Made by a program: the position numbers and the translations under genes
Notes under the pieces: generated by a model
Told to the model about the DNA's origin: nothing
What the model saw: only the letters and a program-made list of their open reading frames with translations
Databases searched by the model: none
DNA from: Atractiella rhizophila
Lineage: Eukaryota
Assembly: GCA_021432655.1 (NCBI GenBank)
Contig: MU271208.1
Span: forward strand, 78,037-128,646
Length of the DNA: 50,610 nucleotides
Direction of reading: 5' to 3'
Shown here: in pieces, positions 36,232-49,686 of the stretch
Layout: the number at the start of each line of letters is the position of its first letter
How positions within the stretch are numbered: the first letter of the stretch is position 1

Positions 36232-39200
36232 GGCGCAGAGAGAAGATTGTCTTCTTTTCTTTCCTTTCACTTTTATGACGCTACCTCGGGCGAAACGGAC
36301 GTTCATCAGGAGGTGGGGAGAGGATCACATCACTTTGCACTAGCGACGTGACCATGCGGCTACGCTTGAACGTTAAAGCTGTTCTGCTTTCCGAGAGTAG
36401 CAAGGGTACTTAGATGACGGTGAGCTCGCCTCTGAGCGTCTAGATAGCAGACGTGATATAAGACGTGAAATGGACACTCGAAAGGCGCATGCGAGGCAAT
36501 TCGGACGGGATGGCAGCAGCGTGACGGACAAGTCGAGATGGGAGATACGGAACGCAGGCCGTCAGATAAACAGCTGGTGGCCATGTGAAGATGAAGTTGA
36601 AATTGAATGCAATGCGTTGCAAGTTGGCTGAGAACAGGGTAGCTCAATTTAATATCACCCTCTTCCCGCAGCAGCCATGATCGACACAAACTTGAAGAAC
36701 CACGATGCAAGTTGACCGCACGTCTGGTTCACCAACTGGGGATCGATCAGGATCGATGAACAGGTTTCCACTGGTTTCAAGCGCAAAGGACGCAATTCCG
36801 GAGTATTGCAAGCCTGTATTGACGCTATTGGGACTTTTTCCATCCGTTTCTGGTTCCTTCAACCTCTCGACGTCAGCTCCACTTCCAACAAAGAAAGACA
36901 AGAATATCTCATTGTCGCATTCAGTATCGATCGACCAAGGGGTCACCAATATCGAGATTTATGCCTACATGCTCTAGTCTCTTCGCCAAGCGCATTATTC
37001 CCTGATATGCGTCCTCGTTCTCAGTCCAGTCTGTAATCGCTCCGTCTCTTAGATGCAGCACGCGCAAGGTATCCATGAAGCGAACAGCAGTCTCGTACAA
37101 AATGTCCGGGAGTGTACCCTTTCCGAAGCAAGCGTTAAGGGCTAATTGTCGAATGTTGGGGGCGAAAGGACCCGTACAGGGAAACTTCCACTCCGCCAAG
37201 GGGTACAGACGGAGCTCAAGGACTTGTAAAGAATGTAGTTGTTCAACGTGCGAATAGAAGATGTTGTCGAGTCGATTGGGAGCTTCATCAAGCTCAAAGA
37301 GCCCAATAAGATATTCCTCTTCATTTGAATGTGAGAGTCGCACAATTTCCAAAGTCCCCTTGCAATCTCGCAAAATTGGGTAAACGTAGGTTTCGAATGT
37401 GTCACCGAATAGGAGAAGCTCTAACAATCGCAGAGGCGGAAGTGGTTTGCTTTGCTGGAGTGTATTGGTAAGGAGTTGAAGCATAAACGCAGCCTGGCGT
37501 TCAGATCCCTCCGCTCTCACGCGCAAGTTCCGGAGAGTCTTTGGGAAAACGAGTTCTACAGGTGCGTGTATAGGTGTCTCAATCGAAGGCAAAAAATCCC
37601 TCGAATTTGGTATGTCATCTTCGCGTGTGAATTCAAAATTCTCAGGAGGTTGTGAAACCCAAAGGGCGTTCACAGGCGTCAGACTGCAGTTGCGGCGCCA
37701 TTCCTCAAAAACGTTGATTGTTTTCAGTCGATCCATGCATTGGATGAGCTGGGGAAGATGTCGTCTGATATCGTGAACACCTTCTGGCTCCGTCAGGAGC
37801 GAGTGGTCGTTAAAACTAGGTAGAAAGTGGAAGAGCTCAGGCAGGTCGGCAAAAATAGTCAAGGTACACAAACAAGTGCACTTCGAAAGAACCATGAGAA
37901 TGAAAAGACGTTGCTGCATTTCTAGTTCCGGGGGATTTATCGCATATCGAAGGTGTCGAACAAATGTGGCAATCTCAGGGCGCTTCTGTAATGCTCGTTG
38001 TAAGGAAAGGACGTCGTCTAGGCTGCGTAGAGTTGGTGGAGTGTGATATAGTGCTCGTTGGACCTATGAAGTTCTGGTATGAGTCAATTGCCCGACTGAA
38101 CGAAGAGGACATGTACCACCCGATACAACGGCTTGGATAAACACAATAGCGCGACTGTGTCCTCATTGTATTCCATCACGACTTCATCGAAGATGTGCTG
38201 TAAAACCTCTATCGGAAGCCTCTCTAACCTGCTCGAAGACGAGGACTGTTGCAATGAGTTCGCTTGACGCTGCGGAGCCTCGCAAGTCGGAGGATTGGGG
38301 CTCCATTGAACAATTTGGTACGCTCTCCAGATTTCGTATACGTAAATCTTCTGGAATGCTTGCCTTTGGGTCGCTGCATGAGCCGAAGCTTGATTAGCGC
38401 ACCTCACTAGAAGATCAGTCTCTATCCTCGCCGTTGTGTTGAACATGTTCAGTGTGCTGTTAGTTCCCTCACTGGGAACCGGAAATGCTCCACTTTCCAC
38501 AATGCTATCGATCTGGGTGTCATTGAACCCAAAGCTGACCAAATTGTCTTCCAAAGTTGATCCTGGAGCAGGAAAGCCAATGAACGGGCCGCCGTCGTCC
38601 CTCATGAATCCCCAGATGAGTGGTACATCATTGGATGGCTCTCCTTTGACGAAAGGAACCGTGTCATGAAGGAGGTAGTCGCCATCTTGCACCATCGACC
38701 GGGAGTTGATGAAGTTGGAAGCGAAGGCAGCCGCCGACACGCTAAGGAGACAAGATTTCGTTTCTTCAGCGCTGGTTAAGTTACCGCAGCCATGAGCACT
38801 TGCGACTTGGGCTCCAGATTGCGCAGCGACGGAGGGTGGAACGAACTGCGGGTCTGCACTCCAGAGCACGGTTAGGTTGCACTTGTTTGAGAAGATTGTA
38901 GACGCACTGCTGGTGACGTCTGAGGCCAGCATGGCGGCCGAAAACAGTCCTTTCGCTTTGGGAGTCGTGAGGAGAGCCGCAACACTGATTGCTCCAGCAG
39001 ATTGACCGAAGATCATTACTCGTGTTGGCTTCAGAGTTTAAATGTCATCAGCCGGAGAAATTGAGCACTGCAAACGAACGCACGTCTCCTCCAAAAGAAG
39101 CAATGTTTTTTTGTACCCATGTAAGCGCGGAGAGTTGATCCGACTATGCATTCAAGGTTTCATTGATCCTCTAACTCGTAGCGAGCAGGATGGAGAAGGA

Positions 39201-42200
39201 AGAGAACGCACCAATCCATAGTTTCCATTTACAATCTTGTCGTCTAGATAAAGATACCCTAAAGCACCAAGACGATAGTTAATGGTGACGACAACCACAT
39301 CCCCTCTACTAGCCAAGTTGCCCCCGTCGAAAGTCGGATCTGAACCAGCGCCGTTGACGAAACCACCACCATGGACCCTATTTTGCTCTCAGTAGTATCT
39401 TCTCATTGTATACAAGGGATAAAGCAAACCAAATCATGACGGGTTTTCCACCATTTCGTATCTTCCCAGGACCGGGAAGATAAGGGGTGAAGACGTTGAG
39501 GAATTGACAGTTTTCGGAAGAAGGAAGCGTTGAGTTCTGGGGACATTGTGGTCCATAATGCGTTGCGTCGAAGCGCTGGGTGGTGTTAGAAGAACTGTAG
39601 ACTGTGGAATGCGTCCATCGTGGAGTTGGATTCGCTGTTCCACTGCGTGTCAACAGCTTACCATTGGCGGAAGGCAAACATTTACCATATTGTATGCCTA
39701 AGAAGCGGAAGGAGACTTTATCTCGAAACCTTGAAAGCCATTTTGAGCTCTCTTTTCTCACCAGAATGAACGTCGTACCCCATGTAAGTGTTGCCCTCCC
39801 GGTCCAACACAGAGTGTTGGAATTGCTTGGATGTGTCCGAAAAGTTGGATGGCTTAAACGGTCCTGATTGAGAACAAAGCACAGGAAGTTGAGAGTTACA
39901 GTCTACGCTCGACTTCTGCAATGTTCCCTGCTTCGGTCCCAAGCTCACTGCGCTACACTTCTGCCTCTGATCCGATGTCGTAGATGTCCAAAATTTCTGA
40001 CCCTTGTGGAACCCATTTAGGTTGCTGATTTGATAGGCGAGCTGGAAGGCCAAGTCGTCTTCCTCCCCGTCAATGGCATAGAGTTGCTCCCCAATGCCTG
40101 CGCAAGCGGAACCGGCATTCTCGAACACGAAAAAAGAGGGAAGAAGGAGTGCGCCCTTCGTATCAGCAGCGGTGCGGTAGTCCAAAGTATTCTGGAAGAG
40201 GTGGACGATCGCACTTCGGTTTTGGCTCGATAGTTGCGATCGAGATTCCAACGCAAGGGCGAACGCGAGTGAAGGGAGGAGGAAGAACCGCATGGCGCAG
40301 AGAGAAGATTGTCTTCTTTTCTTTCCTTTCACTTTTATGACGCTACCTCGGGCGAAACGGACGTTCATCAGGAGGTGGGGAGAGGGTCACATCACTTTGC
40401 ACTAGCGACGGGACCATGCGGCTACGCTTGAACGTTAAAGCTGTTCTGCTTTCCGAGAGTAGTAATGGCATATAGAAGACGTTGAGCTCGCCTCTTAGCC
40501 GCTAGATGGCAGACGTGATATAAGACGTGAAATAGACGCTCGGATGGTGCATGCGAGGCGATTCGGACTGGGGTGGCAGCAGCGTGACGGACAAGTAGAG
40601 GTGGGAGATACGGAAGGCAGGCTGTCAGATAAATAGCTGGTGGCCATGTGAAGATGAATTTGAAGTTGAATACAATGCGTTGCAAGTTGACTGAGAACAG
40701 CGTAGTTAATATCATACTCTTCCCGCAGCAGCCATGATCGGCACAAGTTGACCGCACGTCTGGTTCACCAACTGGGGATCAGGATGGATGAACAGGTTTA
40801 CACTGGTTTCAAGCGCAAAGGACGCAATTCCGGAGTATTGCAAGCCTGTGTTGACGCTATTGGGATTTTTCCAGTTCCTTCAACCTCTCAACGTCCTCCA
40901 CTTCCAAACAAAGAAAGACAAGAATATCTCATTGTCGCATACAGTATCAATCGACCAACGGGCCACCAATATCAAGCTTTATGCCTACATGCTCTAGTCT
41001 CTTTCGCCAAGCGCATTATACCCTGATATGCGTCCTCGTTCTCAGTCCAGTCTGTAATAGCTCCGTCTCTTAGATGCAGCACGCGCAAGGTATCCATGAA
41101 GCGGACAGCAGTCTCGTACAAAATGTCCGGGAGTGTACCATTTCCAAAGCAAGCGTTAAGGGCTAATTGTCGAATGTTGGGGGCGAAAGGACCCGTACAG
41201 GGAAACCTCCACTCCGCCAAGGGTACAGACGGAGCGCAAGGACTTGTAAAGAATGTAGTTGTTCAACGGCGAATAGAAGATGTTGTCGAGTCGGTTGGGA
41301 GCTTGATCAGGCTCAAAGAGCCCAATAAGATATTCATCTTCATCTGAATGGGAGAGTCGCACAATTTCCAAAGTCCCTTTGCAATCTCGCAAAATTGGGT
41401 AAACGTAGGTTTCGAATGTCTCACCGAATAGGAGAAGCCCTAAAAGTCGCAGAGGCGGAAGTGGTTTGCTTTGCTGGAGTGTATTGGTTAGGAGTTGAAG
41501 CATAAACGCAGCCTGGCGTTCAGATCCGTCCGCTCTCACGCGCAAGTTCCGGAGAGTCTTTGGGAAAACGAGTTCTACAGGGGCGTGTATAGGTGTCTCA
41601 ATCGAAGGCAAAAAATCCCTCGAAAGTGGTATGTCATCTTCACGTGTGAATTCAAAATTCTCGGTAGGTTGTGAAACCCAAAGCTCAGCCACAGGCGTCA
41701 GACTGTCACCACGGCGCCATTCCTCAAAAATATTGATCGTTTTCACTCTATCCATGCATCGGATGAGCTCGGGAAGATGTAGTCTGATATCGTTGACAGC
41801 TTCTGGCTCCGTCAGGAGCGTCAGGAGCGAGTTGGCGTCAAAAATAGGTAGGCCGTCGAAGAGTTCAGTCAGGTCAGCAAAAACAGTCAAAGTGCTTAAA
41901 CAAGTGCACTTCGAAAGAACCATGAGAATGAAAAGGCGTTGGTGCATTTCTAGTTCCGGGGGATTTATCGCATATCGAAGGTGTCGAACAAAGGAGGCAA
42001 TCTCAGAGCGCTTCTGTAATGCTCGTTGTAAGGAGAGGACGTCGTCTAGGCTGCGTAGAGTTGGTGGAGTGTGATATAATGCTTTTTGGACCTATGAAGT
42101 TCTGGTGTGAGTCAATTGCCTGGCTGAACTGAGAGGACACGCACCACCCGATACAACGGCTTGGATAAACACAATAGCGCGACTGTGTCCTCATTGTATT

Positions 42201-42304
42201 CCATCACCACTTCATCGAAGATATGTTGTAAAACCTCTATCGGAAGCCTCTCTAACCTGCTCGAAGACGAGGACGGTTGGAATGAGTTCGCTTGAGGTTG
42301 CGGT
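34212..42304. repeat. Direct tandem duplication, unit ~4.06 kb (34212-38271 and 38272-42299)
   Basis: The esterase 5' portion, intergenic spacer and F-box gene are repeated. GCGG(T) microhomology at 34212, 38272 and 42300. Confidence 0.96.
36921..40293 (-). CDS. Chimeric gene: truncated secreted carboxylesterase fused in frame to F-box/LRR-like protein
   Basis: ORF 38084-39016 reads through the junction (SPNPPTCEAP|QRQANSLQQSSSSSRLERLPIEVLQHIFDEVV). A 53-nt intron (GTACAT..CATAG) joins LYRV to VQRALYH, and the frame stays open to the stop at 36921. Confidence 0.6.
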
Positions 42305-42650
42305 CTTGATAAATTGGCTGGTGATGATGAATGCGAAAACGAGATTTGTTCTTGCTGCCATCGTTCGGGTTCGATTGGTGACGTTGGGGCTCCTGACTCT
42401 GACTCTGGCTCAAAAAATTCACTTCAATTGTGACTGCAATTAGCTCCACTAACCTCTACATCTGCCGAACGACTTACTTGAGCGTATCAGTCAGGGGTAC
42501 AAACCTCCGACCACACGTCGTGCAGCTGTCTCCCTGACTTCGAACTCTCAAATTTGACCAGTTTTCCCATTTGAGAACCCAGTCGTTTAGCAAAGTAGTA
42601 ACCTCCTTCAGGGACTTTTCCGCCAGACCCGTGGAATCAAAGCGGTACAT
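40941..42650 (-). pseudogene. Parental F-box/LRR-like gene, frameshifted
   Basis: Own ATG (MYRFDST, 42650) and RLERLPIEVLQHIF F-box. Relative to the left copy it has a 1-nt deletion at 41268/41269 (stop at 41156), a 1-nt insertion near 41002 and loss of the stop codon. Confidence 0.7.
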
Positions 42651-43499
42651 AATTATCGAAGAAGATTGGAAGAGTAGATGAGGTCCGTTTCCGACATCAG
42701 CACCTGTTTTTATTGCCTGTTGCTTTGTAAACGTGCAAGCTGTCGGAAGGGACGATAATTGTGAACAGGATAGAGTGAAAGGTGGAGGATTGCATTTAGG
42801 GGTGATACATAGAGTCGAAGAAGGCATTCATCGTGGTTTGTACTCGTACACGACATGTTGAAGCTTGGGAACAGGTTCCCACTGGATCCAGTCTGGCCCT
42901 TCTCGAGAATTCACCCTCCAGCCACGGTCACGCTATCAGCTCTTTCTTTTTCTCTCACTATCATCGGGGACAGCTGCAGCGCAGCTGGTCCCTTATGGGG
43001 TCATATGGTCCCTCGTGTCACAAGTGCCAATTCCGAGACTGACGGCTTGCTTCCAGGAGTAGCACGTGCCTCCTCGGCCTGTCATTCATTCATTCTTTTT
43101 TCAGGCATTTTTCGGTTGCTTTCGACACGAGAAACGATATAATTGACTGGTAAGGATAGATCAAGATAGATGCCTAGAACTTCATTCCCACGAGCCAAAT
43201 GTCGAAGGATCGAGTTCGGCAGAGCGATAACTCTCACGCCTCTCCATTCCGTGGATCTGGACACAGAAAGCATCGGATTCCTAACCCCCCACTCAACCTC
43301 TTAATTTTCTTCCTGAAGTCCTATACCTATACGCTTCCCAATCAAAAAAGGTTTTCGTCGCTCCTCCTTGTGCCCATTCCGAACCGTCGTGGCGATAGAT
43401 TGCGCAATTCAACAACAGCCATGCAAGTTTATTAGCACTACGAAGTTCTTCACAACTTCCCCTCCCTCCAGATCCTGTTGTTCTTGGATTGGGAAGACG

Positions 43500-44084
43500 A
43501 TGGACGCGCTAAAGCGCAGAGGAAAGGATGGAAAGGATCACTTCTTTCATGGGCGGCGTCGATATTCTTTTATTACGCACGATATTGACGAGCTTACCGA
43601 GTTGCGAGCAAGAGAGAGGACTTTTGATGGTTCGTTTTGTTAAACGGGCAAACGTGCATTGACAACTGTCAACAATGACAACACAATGGATAGGAGCATA
43701 CATCCGTACTTCACTCGTCATGTTAACCTATGCTCTCATATTCCTCAAAATCTTCTCTCCAGAATTTGCACGCAGTCTGTCCCTTCCTCCGTTTGATTCG
43801 CCTCCATTTATGGCACCCCACTGGCAGTTGGCATCTGTTACATTATCATTTCCTTCGTCCTCCTTGTCATTTCCCTCCTTCGACGTTCTCATTCCAATCA
43901 CGACCTCGCAGATGTGTACAAGCCCAAAGAACCGCATCGAGAAGCGAAAGGAGGCACTTGGACAAGCGGAATGATTTGGGGACGCGCTTTTCGGACAAGC
44001 GGAAGAAGCGTGCTCCTTTTGAGTGCATTAGTAGGAGCGTTAGAGGTCACGCTTCTCGTTTTGGTGTGGCGGCTTCGCGATTAG
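43500..44084 (+). CDS. Small membrane protein, DUF202-like
   Basis: Spliced product ELTELRARERTFDGAYIRTSLVMLTYALIFLKIFSPEFARIGICYIII..RAFRTSGRSVLLLSALVGALEVTLLVLVWRLRD*, with three hydrophobic segments. Confidence 0.7.
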
Positions 44085-44169
44085 CCTTTCATCTTAACCT
44101 TGGAGCAGTGTAGAAAGGATATCAGCTCATTCGCAATCAGGATCTCTCCCCTGCATAACGGTCAGGATT

Positions 44170-45213
44170 TGGGATCAACCCGCCCCACGGTTTTCCTTTC
44201 ACTTCCTCTGCATAACTTCCCATACCCTTCGTCTCCCACCCCGCGCCCTTAAGTATCTTATCCCCTGACCCGACGTGATCGCAGATGCTCTCTCTACTAG
44301 CGATTCTATTGAGCGGGAAATTTCCTCATAAATCCCAAAATGCTCCTATAGTACAATACAGAGCGGCAAGGAAATGAGGGAAATCGTTTGCTTTATTCTC
44401 TCATACTCGTATCTCTCCTCCTGAACAGGCGTGAAATGAAGCTCGAAGCTATCTCCGGATTCGAACATTCAGCCGTTCTTTATGCAGCCTGCGAGAAGAC
44501 ACTTATAACAAACTCTGACATGCGCATCCGGCCTCCCCGTTCGTTCCTCCCTCCTCCGAAGCAATCTCGCACACCGTCAGTACGAAGAATCCAACGTCGT
44601 CAAGGGAAGTCAGAGCCCACCTGACTTCGCCCGCCCTATGAGCGTCCACTTATTGTCTCTGCGTATCCACTCCTATAACCAACATCATCAGTATTCGCTT
44701 CAGCGTAGGAGGAGTTCTAGAGAAAGCTCCACCATCGCGGCATGTGCCGCGTACACCTGCAACTTTCGCAGGTTCGACATGCTCCTGCGTAGAAATAAAG
44801 AGCGAGTGTGGCATTCCCGTTCGATGAATAAAGGACAAACGGTCCGTCTCGAATTCATACAGATGTATACCTTTACGTCTGCTATTAGCGCTGTCCTTCA
44901 TCCTCAATATCACCTTCACGCTTCTACAAAATGAACAGTACAGGGCTGGCATACTAGCTTTTATGAGGGCCGCACCCACAGGCGCATACAATCAACGATT
45001 GCCTGAACACCTCCACCTCAACCAAGGCACTGACATATAGTACACCTGCACGATCTCTACCCTCCCCCTCCACCCTTCAGGAATCTCCGGCTCGAGTGCA
45101 CGGAGGAAGGGCGCGTGAAGATCTTTAGTGCGAGGAAGGGTTGCCAGAGAGAGGAGGCGGTGGCGGAGAGGGGTGGCGACGAGCCCTTGACATCCGATGA
45201 TGGAGAGAGGTAT
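44170..45213 (-). pseudogene. NmrA-like/isoflavone-reductase-like pseudogene, paralog of 48205-49398
   Basis: Colinear similarity to 48205-49398. Start codon changed to ATA, several deletions and frameshifts. Confidence 0.8.
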
Positions 45214-45412
45214 GTTGCATGTCTTGTTCGATAGGGAAACTGAGCGAGAGAGAGACAGGGCAGAAGAGATATCCACCTAGAATCTCATATAACTACATTA
45301 CTAATTATGGACGTCTGGCGAAAATGAATTTGCTACATTATCTACAACACCACAAGAAAGAAATTGCAATAAAACCCTGTAGAAAACTATGTCAACAACT
45401 TGCTCAAGTTCG

Positions 45413-47890
45413 TTAAGGTTTTAGAAGACACAAAGACTCATCACTGGAACTCCCATTGAATCTTTTCTTTCCCTCTTCCAACGCTTCTATCATCGCCTGA
45501 ACAATATTCCTGACTTCATCCTTCCGATCACAGCCTGCGGGAAACAAAGATTCCCAACCATCCCCAACTTTGACGAGTTGGTAACGCAATCGAAGTGGAA
45601 GAGAGATTTCCCAAAGGAGTGATACAACATGCTCCTTGTCTTTCTCCCACTTCCAACTCTCAGGATCACCGCGTATCAGCAGCTCGAGTATTTCATCATT
45701 GAACAGATTGCGCAAAGCCGTCATTTCCAGTTCAGGGGGTAATCTCTCAAGAAGATTGCCTTTGGATGTGAGCGCCGCGGTTGGGTCCAACCAATGTCGA
45801 AGTGGATAGCGATCCTTTTGCTCGATAGGTGGGACAGACAAAACTGAATTTGTTGTCATGGATCCGTGAGTCCTTTGCCCAGTCGGGGTGTCAAGAATGC
45901 GGCTCCAATCCCGAAACGCGAAGGGTCCACGTTGTCCTTCAGTCTGTGGGACGTAATGACAGAAAAAGTAGACTAGGCAGTAGAAAAGAGATTCGACATC
46001 ATCCATAATTTCCTGGCGGTATGAATCATTCGTCTTCATCGCCGCTTTAAGCGCGCATCGTGATAGGAATGGCAAAGTACCCTTAGAAAAGGTCCATTCA
46101 GAATCACTGAAGAGTAAGACTAGCGAGCCACTCACTGAGATAGGATGATGTTGATTTTGCCCACCATACTTCATGTTCATGTTCACAGATAGGTCAAAAT
46201 CGTTCAACCAACCGATCACAGGAATACGTCCAGCGTCCTTTCCTGGCTGAAATTCGTGAATAAAGATGTTCGCATAGGAAACATCTCGATGAACAAAATC
46301 GTGATCATTCAAGGTTGCCAATTCTATTGAAGCGTCAAGCAAGGTTCTGAAATACATCAGTACTTACGGTTTAAGACACCTTTGAGTGTATCGAGGACAT
46401 CGTCAAGAGACTTCGCTGATGCAAGTGGGAAGCCGACCGTCGAATGAAAAATCAGGACGGGAATTCGATTCATCTTCATTACCTCAGAAGCATTTCCGCC
46501 TTTCCACAGAGCAGTCGCGGTAAGGATGTTTCTGGTGGAAAGGAGAGGTTGAGAAAGGATGACATGGGGAGCATGTTCGAGCCAGGCACAAGCTCTCGCA
46601 CGATCGTCATTTACTGCCAATTTATCCGAACGCTCCCTCCGCCAAGAATTGAATAGTTCGATGTGCTGCTTCAACCTCTCCAACAGGTCCTCCGACAGCC
46701 ACATATGTTTAATGACTCCATAACGTTCCGTCCCTTCATCCAACTCGCATGCCCATACCTGCGTGCCACTCCCGGTGAGAGAGTACGATCGAAATAGTAT
46801 CTCTTCCACCCAGTTTGTAAAGAACCCGTCACCGACGACATCCCACTTGTTCTCCTTCAAACGTCCACCTAGGTCCAGCATAAATTTGTGCAGAGGACGG
46901 CACGTCGAATGTTCAGGACAGAAGGAGGTGGAAGATGGTGCACTCAGGCCGGCTGCCGATGTTGTTGATGTCTTGGCTGGAGACGCGGGTTGGGATGGTG
47001 ACGAACGCGAAGAGTATGCAGTGCGAGCAGGTTGCTTGGAAATAGGCTGACGGAAAGGGTCCCAGCTGAACTGCCACTCAGGTTTGTGATCGAAAATGTC
47101 GAGAAACCCGATTTCCTCCTCACTCCCTTTCGCGAAGCCTGCGATGGTCTGTGCAACATCTTCGAAGTTCTCCTCTAGATCCTTCGCATTCGACTGAAAG
47201 CGCCCACCACGGGTACAGACGGTCCAGCAGTATTGCGTGTTAGGCCCAGACTTATCGATCAATAGACTCCAGAGAAATGTTCGTGGTCTCCCTGCGAGCA
47301 TGTAGACCGCCCCTCGAGCTAGCTGAATATTCCCTCCCGCAGCGGTACTCTCCTTCCGATCCTTAAACTCGAAGACCAGCGCAATATTCGAATACGACTC
47401 TGTCGGTGGATCGATTTTGTAATAGATTATCATTCCGCCCACCTTCACGGATTCCGTGTTCGTCGGATTATCTGACAATTGCACCCGTTTATCGACTTTG
47501 AAATATCGAGAAGTTGGAGACTTGGGGAACAAATGCTGATACATCATATCCACCATATCAACATCTACTTGGTTCAGAAAAGTACGAATTACTCACTCCG
47601 TACATATGCTGCATAAAAATTTTGATCGACTCCTCATCCTTCCATTCTGTTGCATGATATCGCAGGAGCTCGAGTGGCAGCTCCACCTTGGTGATCTTTG
47701 GGCGTAAGTCTTCCAACATCACGGCGGCAGCTTGCTGCTTTGACCAATTTGCGTGCTGGTGGCGGCTCGCAACATGTTCGAACTTGGAAGTCATTTTGTT
47801 TGGCGATATACCTTGTTGACTATCGGTCGGCAACGAGGACAAGGCGGGAGAAGGTAGAGAAGTCGATGTGTTTCCCGCCGTATTCGACAT
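45413..47890 (-). CDS. FunK1 (Pkinase_fungal) protein kinase
   Basis: VFEFK..QLARGA..RPRTFLW, LTGSGTQVW, GVIKHMW, HRDVSYANI, GWLNDFDLS, GTLPFLS, DDVESLFYCL. Three ORF blocks joined by short introns. Confidence 0.88.
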
Positions 47891-48204
47891 TAAATCTTCA
47901 AATTGGTGTGCCTAACTGAATGAAAAAGGTGATATATTGATAGCGGAGGCTGAGGGTGGTTTACTTCTGGTAATCCATCAGGTAGATACATCACGTGAGA
48001 AGAAAATACAGGACTGCCTTCTGGGGTTTGTTATTAGATCGAGCCTCTAAGGTCTAACCAAGGGGATTGGAAACTCGTTATTATTTGCGGATACAGTGGA
48101 TACGTGAGGTGAGCAGCGGAGCACAAATAATGACATTGTGTGTAAATCTTTCCCCTGCAATCAGTACTACTACATTGTGCATGACTGGATTCGACACCAC
48201 CAGC

Positions 48205-49398
48205 TTAAAATTTTAGATCAACCCCGTCCCACGGCTTCCCTCTCACTTCCTCAGCGTAATTTTCCAGACTCCTCGTTTTCCACTTGGCGCCTTTAAGCAG
48301 AATCTCGTTCTTATCCCCCAACCCAATGTGATCGTAGATGCCTTCTCCACCAGCGATTCCAATGAGCGGCCTATTTCTTTTATGAATCCCAGAAAGCTCC
48401 TATTTCGCCAGAGTGAGTAGCAAGGACTGACCCGAGCAAATGAGGAGGGATTGTATGTTTTATCCTCTCGTACTCCTCCCTCTTCTCCTGAACAGGCGTG
48501 AATTCAAGCTCTAATTTATCTCCCGAGAAGCGTTCGAAGACCCCAGCGTATTCTTTGTATGTCCTTCGGTTACAATATCAGGTTTATCCACGTTGGAGTG
48601 AACAGACGAACCAACACTCCGAATAGACTCTCACGTGCTCTCCCAGCCTTTCCTTCCCTCCCTCTTCCAAGGCAATCTCGCACACCCTCAGCACGAAGAA
48701 TCCAACGTCGTCAAGGGATGTCAGAGCCCATTTCTCCTCGCCAGTCCCAACGAGCGACCACTTCCGCTTCTGTGTATCTACGCCTGTTATACTTCATTAG
48801 CCGTCCATTCGGATGTGGGAGGAGGAAAGGACGGACCAAACCATCTAGAGAACGCCATTTCCATGATCAACGCGATATACACCGCGTGCACCTGCAATCC
48901 GAGCTCCTTCGCATGCTGCATATGCTTCTGTTTCGAGATAAAGAGTGGGTGTGTTATCCCCGTTTGCCGAAAGAAGGACAAATGGTCCGTCCCGAACTCG
49001 GACGGGATGTAGACTTTCACCCCTGCCTTTGCGGCTATCATTCATCCTCAATATCAGCTTCATACTTTCTCCAAAATGAAGGGTAGCCGGACAACATACC
49101 AGCTTCTACGAGGGCCGTCTTGTTCGCTTCCCAATCCCCCTTTGTACCCATACAATTAACGATCACCTCCACCCCCTTCAATCGCTCCTCCAACGCACCG
49201 ACATCCTTATAGTCCACCTGCACGATCTCTACCTTCCCCTTGCCCTCTTTTGGAATCTCTACCTCAGGGGGAAGGGAGGAAGAGCGCGTGAAGACCTTGA
49301 GATTTTGGAGGCGAGGAAGGTTGGGGGAGCGACGAGGAAGCGGAGGGAGGGGTAGCGATGAGGCCTTGGGATCCGATGAGGGCGAGGGAGAGAGGCAT
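48205..49398 (-). CDS. NmrA-like/isoflavone-reductase-like protein; apparent frameshift(s) in the first exon
   Basis: ALIGSQGLIA, VFTRS, VQVDY..LKGVEVIVNC, GVKVYIPSEFGTD, LTSLDDVG. Downstream exons are intact, but ATG 49398 is out of frame with 49223 (175 nt apart). Confidence 0.65.
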
Positions 49399-49686
49399 GT
49401 TTGTTCGACTGTTGAAACTGGGGGAGAGAAAGAAATGGAGCGAGAGAGAGAAAGGGTGATATACTTGCACTCTGACCACGACGGCTTAAAATGATTTGCC
49501 GATTTGGTGGATCCACAATGTACGATGGATAACGATGTCGAATTCGAATTGTTTCAATATACATAATTACAACAGGCGAAATTATTTTGAAAGCGCGTTG
49601 ACGCAGGACGCTGACAAGACACCAAAGAAAACGAAATCAATAAGAAACGGCGTACCTCTCACCCAACAAAATCACACAAAAGGGGT

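Noticed and set aside
45270..48140. Transposon termini around the FunK1 gene (CTAG at 45277)
   Set aside because: No subterminal GC-rich hairpin, terminal inverted repeat or target-site duplication found by eye.
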